Assembly: GCF_000143415.4 (NCBI RefSeq)
Contig: NW_003314339.1
Location: forward strand, 365,751-429,750
Direction of reading: 5' to 3'
Source: Selaginella moellendorffii
Taxonomy: Eukaryota; Plantae; Lycopodiophyta
Length of the DNA: 64,000 bases
The notes under the pieces were generated by a model, which was not told where the DNA came from, searched no databases, and saw only the letters and a program-made list of their open reading frames with translations. Shown here piece by piece: positions 1 through 12,169 of the stretch. A program made the position numbers and the translations under genes. Each line of letters begins with the position of its first letter. Position 1 is the stretch's first letter.

Positions 1-421
1 CTCCTCGCCAAATGATGAACCTATGCAGAGACTTGCCCGATTGTGGAGCACTAGTACACGCAAGGTGGATTGTTAACATTGAGGATGTCATTGTCGTGTG
101 CTAAAGTGGCCTGAAGAACGCCACCGTGATTGGATTCCTTGTGATTCCATCACTCTTTTAGCTAATAGAGCTTCTAATTACAATCTTTTACAAGGAACCC
201 ACCTAAGCTCGGTTACAATCTTTTAAAATGAACCCAGGACTAAGCTCAAAAATGAAGATTAGGCCATTGTTGGAATGTCCATTTTAAGGAGTTGTGCTCT
301 TATTGGATAGCTCATTGTAACGCTTGAGCTAAATGCTTTTCAATTAAAACGTACAATAATATGCTTTGCCTCCTGGGGAACATGCAGTCTATGTTAGGAG
401 ATCTCCAGGCATGGTGGATCA

Positions 422-637
422 ATGTTCCATCTGGAACGGATGAAATTTCTTGCTCAAGGTGCTCGTCTGACCACATTCCACAGCAATATTCTGAAGCTGT
501 ACGTGAAGGAGATATTCGATGGGTTGTACAAAGAGATCAGGAAGATCCTGGTGCCGTTCATGTGGATGTTGTGCTGCCATTTGAATGGAAATTCGGGGGT
601 TGGTAAATCTGCATTCGTCTGGTACTTCTGGTCATGA
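422..637 (+). pseudogene. Fragment of a P-loop NTPase (Walker A), Crinkler/RHS-like
   Basis: Short ORF ...KLYVKEIFDGLYKEIRKIL...LNGNSGVGKSAFVWYF* has a GxxGxGKS motif followed by F-x-x-Y, then stops immediately. Confidence 0.35.
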
Positions 638-997
638 TCTACGAGTCCAGAGCGACTGTTTTGAGGGTAACAAGCTCAGGGTGGTGAATAGAGAAGACTT
701 CCCTCAGGAGATTGTGCTGGACAGCAAAGTAGATACCATCTCATCGATCAGTGAGTGGACTTGGGGCGGACGTGGGAAAAGCACGAGTACGATGCTCTTG
801 TGTCTTCTTGGAGGAAACGCGTGACAGACTACGAGAGTGGATCGGAAGAAGCCAAAGAGATAATGCAGAGAGTGAATGCTGCTGAAATGGCGTTTGAATG
901 GTTTGGAGGTTAGAAGCAAACGGTCTGACTGTGGAAGCTTTCGAAAGGGATTGAAGCACCTGAGTATGGTTCTGACTCCTGATTTTGTCCTTCAAGC

Positions 998-1223
998 GTT
1001 TTGAGCGTTGGTGGTCCAGGAAACCAAGGTGCGCATCTTCATGCTCTCAAACATGCTCCTGGCGGCGCTCAAGTTGAAACTTGCGTGAGAGCTATCCAGC
1101 AGACAATGGTCTTGCGCAGGATCTCGTGAACGGCCTTGTCAAAATGCCCATTCTCGCAAATGCGAGGATCCACGGTACTGGATTCGACCGAAGCTGTTCT
1201 TCGTGAGGGCAACGACGCCTTGG
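998..1223 (-). pseudogene. PLS-PPR fragment (block C, copy 1)
   Basis: Near-identical to 5742-5980. Minus strand reads PPR-like LSAARSMFESMKMRTLVSWTT and ENGHFDKA. Confidence 0.6.
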
Positions 1224-2457
1224 ATGGTCCTAATTCGTTGTAATTCTTAGGATACTACTTTATCCATCACGAATAGCATCAATACAGTAATCACTTCGAA
1301 GCTTTTAAAATAGGATCTACATATTTTGTCTTGGTAATGGGAGATTTCACTTCCTGAACATTGTCGCTTCTATATATCAGGTGAAGCAAGATCTAACGTC
1401 CACATCTTGATTGATTTCATTTGCTGTTAAATCCATCCATTTTTTGAATTTTTTTTGTGTGTGGCTATCCGGCACCAGGAATCGTCTAAAATCCATGGTG
1501 AGGCTCTTTGGGTATCGAGGTTTCTTCATTTGAATCCTTGGAATCTTTCGGTTTTCGGTTTTCGACATCCAAGCCGCCTCCCTTTCGTCCTTGGGCGGCT
1601 GGATGCCTTGGATGATCGCTGCATTTTGCCGCGTCTTGGCGTCCGGAAGGGATGCGTCAGGGAGAGAAGCAATTGCGTCAGAATAGATGCAGCTGAGCTC
1701 CTGGACCAGCTCGTCCCAAGTCCGGCACGACAGGCCCGTTGTGTAGTTGAGAGAGAGGGGATGGAAAACGTCGCCTTTGTCTGGGTGCAACCGGATGGAG
1801 AGCTCCGAGGGATTCAAGCCAGAGAGATGGCAGCTTTCCGCTGCACAGAGGAAGACGAATACCCGAGTCTCTCCCACCTAGCCGCACTAAAATCTAACGG
1901 TTTGGATGGTATATTCTAAGATATCCTTTAATCCAACGGCTGTGATGTATCGCTCTTAACCTTTTATTTGTTGTAGTTACCACTAATATAAACTGCGTTT
2001 AGAAGTTCATTCTTATTCACTATTTCTAGCTTGTTGTCTAGCGTCTTTCTTGTTCAAATGGTGAGGAAGGCTTGCATATGCTGGCAGGGTCATCGAGAAT
2101 TGAATGGCACAACATTATGTGTGACTGATCCATTATGCTGAAGTGACAACTGATGAGAATTTGGTATATATGATCGAATTGGTAAGCTCAATGGCATGTT
2201 TGTGCTGTTTGTGTGCTACTGGAGCAAATCAAATATATGTCTTCCCTTCCACAAAATTTGATTGCATGGCTACAGTGGAGATGCACTTAAGTTAACATGT
2301 TTGTTTAAGTCTGTAATAATGGATTCCATTGATTACACTTTTGGTTTCCTGTGATCTAGTACCAACTTAACACAACACAGTTAATTTAATAATAAAATAA
2401 TAAAATAGTGTTCATGTTAGGGGGCGACCCTAACACCGTATTATTCTTAATTGAAAG

Positions 2458-2545
2458 TCGAGGCGGATGGGAATCGAACCCAGCAACCCTTCACAATAAA
2501 ACATTACAGCGTGCATGCTATAACCACAAAGCCATGAACACTGGG
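2458..2545 (-). other. tRNA-like (A-box/B-box) sequence, probable SINE head or tRNA pseudogene
   Basis: Minus strand reads TGGCTTTGTGGTTATAGC (A-box-like) ... GGTTCGATTCC (perfect B-box). Degenerate copy near 23647-23712. No convincing acceptor stem. Confidence 0.45.
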
Positions 2546-3202
2546 AGATAACAAAATATTATTTCAGCACCTCTTATTTGAAAAACAAGATTTGGAATCC
2601 ATCTGATTGTCCACGTGGACGACATCCAGGGGCTGCGAGATCCTGGAGAGCAGCTACTGGCCGAATCAATACCGTCTTCATCCGGCATGAAATCAAAGAT
2701 TTCTTTGGAGGTGGCCAAATCCCCCCTCTGCTATTCACTGCTGGAAGGGGAACCCATGGAACGTCCTGTCATTCTGGGCAGTAGATTCGTCCAGGACACC
2801 AGATCCTTGGCCGGCGTTTTTGCCCAAGCTCGATTTTGCTGCCACAATTTGCCCCTGCTGCGCGAGCGCCATTATCATCGAGTTCCATGGCGCTCTGAGA
2901 CGCAATCAAACATAGACTCTCACTCTCTGATGCGGGATGCCGCCACATACGCGGTGATCATCGCGTTCCAGGAGACGATCACGGAACTCCTTGTTCTTGG
3001 AAATCTCATGATGCCCGGACTGGGCATACAGTGTACTGAGTGAGTCCCAAGCAACCACGTCAATCCAAGATCTTGTTTGCCTGGCTGAGATTGATGTAGG
3101 ATTGTACGACCGTGTTGCAGGACGCGAGATTCCTCTGGGGCATTCAATCGAACAAGATTGACGCCGCATCGATCGAATGCCCTGTTCTTGCTGCTCGCAT
3201 TT

Positions 3203-3288
3203 GCCAGCGAAAGGGAATATCGCGCGATCCAAGAGCCTGAACCCGGCCAGCGAAAGGGAATATCGCGCGATCCAAGAGCCTGAACCCG
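3203..3288. repeat. 43-bp perfect tandem duplication
   Basis: gccagcgaaagggaatatcgcgcgatccaagagcctgaacccg occurs twice. The paralogous block has a single copy near 24367. Confidence 0.9.
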
Positions 3289-3405
3289 GCGCGGCGGCGT
3301 GGATCATTCGTGGCGTCGCGCCTGGGGGATCGGCACGATAGAAGATTTAGCTCCAGCAACGCTGCCGAGAGCGACTTTGCGGAGAAGAGAAATACCTCGT
3401 TCATA

Positions 3406-3480
3406 CAAAAAAATTTGATTGGGTCTCTGGCTGTGGAATCGAACCCGTGACCTTGCCAATATATTTTTTTATTCTAGCCA
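3406..3480 (-). other. tRNA-like B-box motif followed by oligo-T; four copies in the window
   Basis: Minus strand tggctagaat...ggtcacgGGTTCGATTCCacagccagagacccaatcaaaTTTTTTT. Copies near 4425-4492, 21022-21077 (decayed) and 24500-24573. Confidence 0.5.
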
Positions 3481-4428
3481 GGTATCCGGCCATCAGGTTC
3501 CCGTCCAAAGTGTACACTAATTGCTTCTTAACGGATACCATAATGTAAATAGCGGCGCAAGAGATTTTCGTTTTGTGGGCGCATGGCGCGCAGCGCGTTG
3601 CTGCTGTCAAGCTCAAGAAAGAAACCATTCTCTTCTCGATGGAATGAAACTCTCACTTTCTCCATGCTCTGGCTAGGCCATGGCAAACAAAACGGCTTGG
3701 ATGGACTCTGCATCTCAATCTGAGCAAGCAGCTGATGCAGAAGCTATTTTTGAGAAACAAAGTATAAGTATGCTGCAACAAGAACCAGCAACATCCGTTT
3801 AAGATATTGTTCTGGAAGATGGCTTGTCTGAGCCCGAGTTTGATTTGATCCAGGCACCATGGCCCCGGGAATCTATTCTTCACTTGGTTGTCCAAGCTGG
3901 AGGTCCATAGGTTTGGATCCTTTCAAATCCTCGGGGCGTGAGACTCTGGAGCCCCAAGTTTTGATGCCTTTTCTTGGCAATAATATAATATATTGCTCTG
4001 AAACCGTGAAAGCTTACTCACCCGCAAACAAAACTCCAGGGTTGCACCAGAGATCCAATAAACCTGTGAGAGCCTTGACCAAGCTCAAACTCTATCAGCT
4101 CAGAGCAACCTTTCTCAAAAGTTTCAAAAGAGCAGATGGAATAACACAAAAAAGAGTACCAGGTCACCAACTCATCTCATCACAAGTTGCGCTGTGGTAT
4201 CTCCACGCCTTGGATGTTGATGAACTACAGGCCTCCATTTTATCTTGGAAAATGCTCGAGGCCAAAGGGTGGCGAGTAACTGAAGTGTTCCATGATCGTG
4301 GACATGCTGTAGTCTTGGGCTATGGACGACAAGTAGTTCTCATCCCGAGATGACTGCAGGCAGAAGAGCTCGCTGCGATCACAGTAGCTTGCAAGATGCA
4401 AAGGAGGGAGAAGCGTTGCAAAATTTTT

Positions 4429-5727
4429 TGATTGGGTCTCGGGCTGTGGATTCGAACCTGTGACCTTGCCAATATATTTGTTTATTCTAGCCAGATATCC
4501 GGCCATCAGGTTCCCGTCCAAATCGGACACTAATTGCTTCTTAACGTATATCATACCTTCACCATAACGGCGCAAGCTCTCGCTCATTTCTAAGCCGGCC
4601 ATCCAAATCGGACACTAATCGCTTCTTAACATATATCATTCCTTTCTGCGGTTGTCAAGCTCAAGAAAGAAACCATTATGGAATGAAGATTTCACCACTG
4701 AATCCCTGGGATAACCTACATTTTCTTCTTTTGAGAAACAAGGTTTGCTGCATCCAACGACTGAATGTCCGAAGATGGCTTGTTTGAGCATTGAAGATTA
4801 AATTGATCCAGGCACGCTCTTGATTAGCAGCAAAGTTAAGAGTCCAAGGCTGGAGGTACTTCTCTGTTCTTTCAAATCCTGGGGAGCTTGAGACTTCATC
4901 AAGGGGCTTTCTTGTCGTGTTCCATCCAAGTTTGATGCTTGTTCCTAGCAGCAAGAAGACCAAACATTTGAAAAAATCCATGAAATTTCAAGTCACACCC
5001 TGTGTGAAGAGGGGGCAATGCATGGAAAGTACTCGGGGCCAAAAGGTGGCTGTCCTCCACAAGAGTATTTAGAGCAAAAAGGGCGAAAGATGAACTGTGG
5101 GAAAGCAATGCTTTCACTGCAACATATATCCCTTGTGCCCCGCTGATCAATCCAAAAGCCACAACGCTGGTGGTAGTGCAGCAGCTCCTCCTTTTGCTCT
5201 CTCCCCTGCGCTCCTCGACGATGTCTTCGCTGCGACCACGAAGCTGTGAACTTCGCTACCAACTCGAACGATGTTACTGATCCCTGGAACTTTTCTCACT
5301 CGCCTCGACCTCATCAGGTTCCAGATCATCGAGACCTTGTCCCACCTCCCCATGTGTAATCGACAGAGTACATGTTTGAGAGACCACTAGTGTAGCAGGG
5401 CTCCAGCGCTCTCAAAGATCTTTGCTGCGACTCTCTCAGCACAATCAGCCATGGAGGAGGCAAGCTCCCATCCAGATCACGACATCTGGAAGGAATGGCA
5501 TCGAGTTTGACGAGCTCCTCCGGACTCAAAGTTCTCCTGGATCGACCCAGGACGTCGATCATGCAGAAATATAGAGTGCCCTCTCCTCGCCACCATCCCA
5601 AAGTACTGGCTGATCAAGACCAAGTGTTCCCAGCTTGGCATGGCTGCACGAAGTTAAAACGCTCTGGAACATCAACTCGTCCGGCTTGACACCCTCAAGA
5701 TTCATAAGCTGGAAGACTTCCACTGCT
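4429..5727. repeat. Block B, copy 1: segmental duplicate
   Basis: Colinear with 21022-22274, with matching short ORFs (GWWRGEGTLYFCMIDVLGRS...; FALFALNTLV...). Confidence 0.9.
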
Positions 5728-5990
5728 CGATCGTAGTGCCCGTTTTGAGTGTTGGTCGTCCAGGAAACCAAGGTGCGCATCTTCATGCTCTCAAACATGC
5801 TCCTGGCGGCGCTCAAGTTGAAACTTGCGTGAGAGCTATCCAGCAGACAATGGTCTTGCGCAGGATCTCATGAACGGCCTTGTCAAAACGCCCATTCTCG
5901 CAAATGCGAGGATCCACGGTACTGGATTCTTCTCTGGGATTTGACCGAAGCTGTTCTTCGTGAGGGCAACGACGCCTTGGTGGCTGTTGT
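5330..5990 (-). pseudogene. Frameshifted PLS-E PPR pseudogene fragment
   Basis: QNGHYDRAVEVFQLMNLEGVKPDELMFQSVLTSCSHA and YFCMIDVLGRS lie in different frames; these are typical of the P2-L2-S2 region. Confidence 0.7.
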
Positions 5991-6009
5991 CTCTGGCTCT
6001 CCACTCAAG

Positions 6010-9000
6010 TTCATACGTGAACTTGGGTGTGATGTGGTGGATAGAAAAGGGCCAATACTGGAACGACTTTGGGATCTTGGGAACAGTATAAAGGTTTCCT
6101 CAGCGAGATAAGGACGTGATCCAAATGAGTATTTGACTTAGCAAACTGGCTAATGTAGTTGTGGTAAACAACTACAATTGGGAGCACGGGAAAGATAAAA
6201 ACTCCAAAGCAATAAAGGAGTCACAAGATTATCCTCATATAGTTGAGGTTGGTGCTCATGAATGTGAAACTAGAAGTAATGACCACAGGAGGTTAAATAC
6301 GGAAAAGGACACAAATCCTTGAAATGGTAGCCAGGGCTACCTCTAATAAATGCTAGAACAACCCAAGGAGTTGGGGGTGTACTTAGAAAATGAGTTGGTA
6401 TTCTCATCACATAGACAAGTAGTTATAAGGGGCAAAAGGTTGCCCCTAGAGAACAAATCAAGTGTCGGAGTAACACTTGCAAAACATGAATACAAGAACT
6501 TATATTCCAGTGAGCTAGCACCTCAAAAGTAGGACATCATAGGTCGTCAGATTAAAAAAGTCCAAAAAGTTGAATGACTTCAATAGAGTCAAGGAATAAT
6601 CCTAAAGGCTTGAGGAAAGCATCTGGACTGAGGTGTGTGGTGCCCCACGAAGGATGGAGAGGATCTTGAGATCCAAGTCTGAGAGCAGTATGTATCTCAT
6701 TGATGGCAGAAGGTGCCATGCTAAAGTCATGGGAAAGAGTTTTCCGGAAGAAAACAACTTTGACACAAAGTTGTGCATGAACTCTATAGTGTAGTGCTAA
6801 TGGATAATTGGCCTAAGAGACAACTATATTGGTCTTGGCAAAAATACCTAGACACAAGTAAGAAGTGTCATAAAGGTAGGCTCGTGGAGCCGATAGTGTG
6901 GAGACACCGAAGGTACCAAGGCGTGCTGCCTTGAGGTCAAGTTGGTGGGTTCATGAGAACCCCTTCCAAATGAATCCCAATGGAAATGAGAATAGCATAG
7001 CCTAAGCTAGAAGGCATGCGGTTAAAGTGTGGTGACCTAGATAATGATGGAGGTGTGGAAGCACCAGCAATGAGTTGTAGGATTTGACAACTATGAGGAA
7101 ACTAAGCAAAAGGTGTAAAATAATTCATAAAATGGTAGAAGGCAATTACCTAAGACTTTTTATTGGGATAAAGAAGTTTAGTGTACCCTTATAAGGGATA
7201 AACTGCTTATGTTGCGACATAGTAAGTCAATGTCGAAAAGGGAATGCTCATTGTCAGAGAGGCCATCATTAGGACACCCAAATACTCTAGAACACCAGAA
7301 GGGGGTATTTGGTGTCATAAGGGCAATGGATAATGCCAAGGGACAAAGTCCCTAATGAATGAAGGATAAGAGGTGCTATCTAAATGTCCAAGGTTGTGGA
7401 GACAGGAGAAGTCCGTCTACCCAAATTGGACAAAGCCAAAGAGGGATTTTGGCAAGGCTAATGATGGGCATATAAAGGCCCATAAGTAGCAATGGTGATC
7501 CTAATGTGTGGGATCACAAGGTGAGCCAACCCAGATTGACGAACCACTTCCTAGGCTGTCGGGTAGGTTCATCCCTATGAATACTTGCCAAGGCATGGTA
7601 GAAAGTGCAAAGCTATCTTCCTAGTCTGGAGGAGAATAACCGAAGAAAATGCATGAGGCCAAAAGGCAAGTAGTATAGGGATAGAACTGAACCATAGGAA
7701 TTGACAGGCATGACCAAGGGTGGTTATGCAAGTTGGGAGTGGAGAATCAAGTGGGTGCTCAAGCATGGTGTTACTAGCGACCGGGATGCCATGGGGAGTC
7801 TAAAGCATGGGATTGTCCATGTTAGACTATATGGTAATTGGCAAGCTTGCGAAAGGAGAGGCCTTAGCAAGCCAAAGAACAGAGTTCCTTGAATGTTCCC
7901 CGAGGTAAATAAGTACCTAGTCAGCCAAGTGTAAATGGTTCATAGAATGTGCAAAATCAGAGTGGCGCAGCAAAAGCGTGGTCTTGAAGCTTGCCATGAG
8001 GCGAGGCTATCAAGATTAGGGAAGTAGTTCCCGAGTGTTCAAAGAGAAAGCTTTGAACGAAAGTTGATGGTTAAGGACTTTCACGCTTATGCATGAACCA
8101 TGTTACGGTGGCCAAATGACTTGCTAATTGAGATTGGCAAGTCGGGGGGAACGAATACTCTAGTTGAAGGAGCCAACTTTAAAAGGGTGGCCTAGTGGGC
8201 TGAGCATGAAGGAGTCCATGCATGATCACAGACATATCAAGTGAAAGGACTTGGCAGTGCGGAGGAACTAGGTTCTTAAGTTGTGATCTGTAGCGCGCTT
8301 TAAATATAAGTTGGTGCACCGGCGTGGGAAGTCATGCCAGGCATCCGGTGTGATGCCGTCCGTAGATGCATATACGGAGGTTGGGTTCGAGTCCCGACCC
8401 TCTAGTGTTTGGGTTTGAGTCCCAATTCACTAGGGCGCGGTGATGGTTTGGAATATGAGGACACTCATTTTTTCGGTGGTCATGGACTCTTAGTAAAGAG
8501 ACTAGCTTGGGCACACCGCCAAGCGGGGGATGCCCCGGAGTCGTGATGCACGGTTAGATTGCTTAGAGTGAAAGCTCGGCATATCTAACTTGAACACTTT
8601 GGTGCAAAAGGCACAAGGACGTGGTGAATGAGATGGGGACACCCAGTCTCAGTTGCTATGGATCCTTGGCCGGAAGGGCTGGCTTGGGCGCACCGCCAAG
8701 TGTGGGGGATGCCCTTGGGGTCGTGGCTAAACAAAGACAAAGTTTTTGTTTGGGTTAAAGAATATGATTCCCAGTTCAAAGTGTTGATTTGAACTATTGA
8801 TAATGGTGTGACTTAGTCGAGGTGACCAAGTGAGAAGGACACCTAAAGGAAAATCAATTGTGCCAATACGATGGTATAGTAAGTCCAAGAAAGTAGTCTC
8901 GGGAAAAGACCCATGGAAGGGTCGCAAAGTTGGGCCATAGACGAAGCCCGTAGCAGAAATTGCTAAAGAGACCTACTAAGGGTGAGCACCCGCTAGACTT

Positions 9001-9810
9001 AGCAAAGTAGAGCCTTTGCCATGGAACCAAAAGGATACCTCAAGAATGGAGGTAGTGATCCTATGTTGCTCAGTGCAACAATCAATGGATAAAAGCAAAA
9101 GATTAGTGGCCAAGTGTGGGCCATAGAGTTCATTGGAAGGAATCTAAATGGTAAAATTAGGCATGGAACACTAATATGTTAGATGCTAACGGATTGTGAG
9201 AAAGGAAGTGTGCTTCCAAGGATGGATTCCCAAATGCTCCAAGTTAGCAAAGGTGAAAGCTCCAAGGGAGGGAGCGGCGAAATAGCCAAAAGATAGGGCC
9301 GTGGATAGCTCTAGCACAACTTACGATGGCTGAAACTTGGTGCCAAAAGTGGCATAAAATAGAAAGGAGGACGATGGCGCCCTCAAGTGGGGAGCTTCCT
9401 AGGATGGGAAGTGAAGTTGCACAATATGTGCAGTGAAAGGTGTCAAAGACACCAAAGAAATTGACTTCAAGAAGTCAAAATTAAAAGTTCCAAGGTGAAT
9501 TGGTTATATCAATAGAAGTTGGGACTACTCGAGAATGAGTAGTGGAATTAAGTTAGGTGTCTCTAACGGGTTTAGCGAGAACTGAACCAATAAAAGGGAG
9601 TAAACCACCCTAGGTGGCCGAATGAGTTTCTATGTTAGAGAGACTATGCCCCTTAGAGGATGGACAAGGCATGGTGAGCCTTCAGGGTCAAACCATAGAT
9701 AAATATTGGCTGGGTGCCAAGGATGAAAATGGTAATACTTGTGGGTGTTACTTTATAAAAGGGTTTACCGTTCGATGAGGACATCGAACTTCGTCTATAG
9801 GTGGTGGAGT
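6010..9810 (+). mobile_element. Internal region of a 5'-truncated LTR retrotransposon (non-coding or fully decayed)
   Basis: Ends in a hairpin (gttcgatg-agga-catcgaac, 9770-9789) and a purine-rich tract (aggtggtggag) directly before the LTR's TG at 9811. No ORF over about 66 aa and no recognisable gag/pol motifs. Left limit approximate. Confidence 0.6.
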
Positions 9811-11379
9811 TGTGAGACACAAATCCCTAAGCCCCAAAAGTGGAGCCGAAAGGGTGCCACATGGTAGTGGCCGAAGCAAAAGCCAAACGAGTGTAACACG
9901 TTTGGACTAAAAGGCTCCGACTTGAAAGGTTGAGAGCGGGAGTGGAACTCCCAACGGAGTGCTCAATGAACGAGCATGAAGCTAGCAATAAGCAAGACTC
10001 CAAAAAGGGACCCAAAAGGACCAACACATGACACATGGAAGTGTCTGAGATGGAGTCCGAGATGGACCCGAGGTGGAGTCCGAGGTGGACTCGAGATGGA
10101 CCCGAGATGGAGTCTGAGATGGACCAAGACAGAGTCCGAGATGGAGTCCGAGATGGAGTCTGAGGTGGACCAAGATGGAGTCCGAGGTGGACCAAGACGG
10201 AGTCCGAGATGGAGTCCGAGATGGAGTCCAAGGTGGACTGAGACGGAGTCCGAGATGGAGTCCGAGATAGAATCCGAGAAGGACCCGAGATGGAATCTGA
10301 GGTCGAGACCGAGACCGGGACCGAGACCGAGACTGAGACCGAGACCGAGATCGGGACCGAGACCGAGTCCGAGTCCGAGTTCGAGTCTGAGAGGGTGAAA
10401 GCCCAAAGCGTTCGTCTCCCAGACCCTGGGGGGTTTGGTGAGCTCCAAAAGTATAGTAGGGGGAGGACTGCAGTGGAGCCAGTTTGGCCAGGAAAGGCCA
10501 GTTTGGCCCAAGAAGGCCAGACCCAATGTTGGGTGATAAACTGACCATTGGGAAGTCCAAGACTAGAGTGAATACAGACTGACAAGCGGGGTAGCTTGGT
10601 GAAGTGTTCAAGAGCCAACTCTAGTTCCTCTGGGAGATCGACTGGCTGATGCTCCCAGTCCAAGTGTGGGTGGCACTACTTATTTAGATACCTGGTGTGG
10701 CTCAACAGAACCTCGCTCTAAGCCCATGGCTAGAGCACCTAAAGGCGGAAGGCGAGGAGAGTACCCATGAGGCTTGCGTAAGGCCACGGTGTTCCGAAAT
10801 GTTGTCCCGAAGGCCCAGACTGTGGAAAGGAAGAGGAGTAGTCCTTTGGTGTAGTGACCAAGGATATAGTCATGTGGTGAGGAAGTCCCAGAGGACCGTG
10901 GGCTTAGTGGTCAGGCCTGTGGGCCTTGATTTAGTGGCAATGTTGGCGAACACAGCCATGGACAGAAAGGGACTTGGTGGGGACCAGAAAGGGGATATTG
11001 GGGAAGGCCATTCCCCATGTTTGTGGGCATCCTAAGGATGCTAAGGAGTGGATCTGAGATGATCACTCATGGACGGATGGCCCAGTCTTTGAGAGACAGG
11101 ACTGTAGGTGGTGTCAGACCACCAGTGTGACCAAGGTGAATGGGCATGGCCTTAGTGTAACGGGCTGATGTGTCGGTGGTACCTTGGGGTGTCGATCATG
11201 AGATCGGACACGTGGAGCACTTGGACCAAGTGCAAAGGTTGAGTGGCGGAGATGCCATTCTTAGGGCTAGCAAGCCCAAGTCCAAAATAGGATTTATGGA
11301 GGTTGTGAGTGAGACTCCTCCAAGTGGTCGGAGGTATGGTTAAGTGATTAAAGTAGAATGGAAAAATTAGTCGCTTACA
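9811..11379 (+). mobile_element. 3' LTR (1569 bp) of LTR family 1
   Basis: TGTGAGACAC...GCTTACA termini, preceded by a PPT. Same sequence as the TSD-flanked solo LTR at 17415-18945. Confidence 0.85.
10045..10390. repeat. GAGTCCGAGATG 12-mer and GAGACC/GAGTCC hexamer arrays inside the LTR
   Basis: Directly visible. Equivalent arrays near 12860-13140, 14200-14630, 16280-16710 and 17645-17970. Confidence 0.95.
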
Positions 11380-11680
11380 AAGTAGTGCCACCCATACTTA
11401 GATTGGGAGCATCAACCATTTGATCTCCCAGGGGAACTAGAGCCGGTTCTTGAACACTTCACCAAACTACCTCGCTTATTGGTCCGTATTCACTCTAGCC
11501 TTGAACTTCCAAGTGGTCATCTCATCACCCAATAGCTAGGTATGGCCTTCTTAGGCCAAACTAGCTGTAAGCAACCAAAGGGAATGACGATCCATAAAGG
11601 TTCAAATATAGAAGGAAAAGGCCCATGAACAAAAGTGCACCCCCTTTTCCAATCAATTAAAAGTCTTGGGATAATTGGGT

Positions 11681-12168
11681 AATCAAGAATCCCCCAATTC
11701 TTGCCACAATCCTGACTCTCGCCGGATTCCTGACCTGCAGACCACATTCCTGACTCTTGAGACACTTCCCTATTCCTGACTCTCAAGACGCTTCCCTATT
11801 CCCGACTCTCTGATTCCTGAGTCTCGAGCCACATTCCTGACTCTCGAGACACTTCCCTATTCCTGACTCTCGAGACACTTCCCTATTCCTAATTCTCGAG
11901 ACACTTCCCTATTCCCGACTCTCTGATTCCTGAGTCTCGAGCCACATTCCTGATGATGATGTGGCGCCTCCTCGACCTCAGCTATATTTAGGCCATCCTC
12001 GATCCAAGAGTGGTGGAGCTTCATCAACCTATAGTATATATAGGTTAGCCTTGTTTCATTTCTCCACAATCTGAATCAACGCCAGTCTAAAGCCTCTTCT
12101 TTGTTTCCACTAGCTTTTCTCTTTGTCTTTTGCATTTTTCAGTCCTGATCTTGTTGGGGGTTTTGACA
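11681..12168. mobile_element. About 490-bp insertion in the 5' LTR of the TRIM, with a 26-bp minisatellite
   Basis: Absent from the 3' LTR. Imperfect inverted ends (aatcaagaatccccca / tgggggttttgaca). Repeats of attcctgactctcgagacacttccct near 11740-11950. Confidence 0.6.
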
Positions 12169-12169
12169 G

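Larger units (their letters stand above)
1564..4275. repeat. Block A, copy 1: segmental duplicate, mosaic of gene fragments
   Basis: Colinear and highly similar to 22628-25319. Shared ORF remnants LNPSELSIRLHPDKG..., KNKIWNPSDCPRG... and SVIVSWNAMITAY. Confidence 0.9.

Noticed and set aside
1377-1877. 166-aa ORF as an intact gene
   Set aside because: It has a non-ATG start, the paralog near 22540-22970 is frameshifted with a different C-terminus, and no domain was recognised.
2458-2545. Functional tRNA gene
   Set aside because: The B-box is good but no consistent acceptor stem or cloverleaf could be built, and the second copy is decayed.
9827-10663. Long low-complexity ORFs (DSISDS, SPRW, LGLGLG, ETETE), also near 14004-14909, 16305-16793 and 17511-18164
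   Set aside because: They result from stop-free hexamer arrays inside LTRs, are open in several frames on both strands, and are not conserved between copies.
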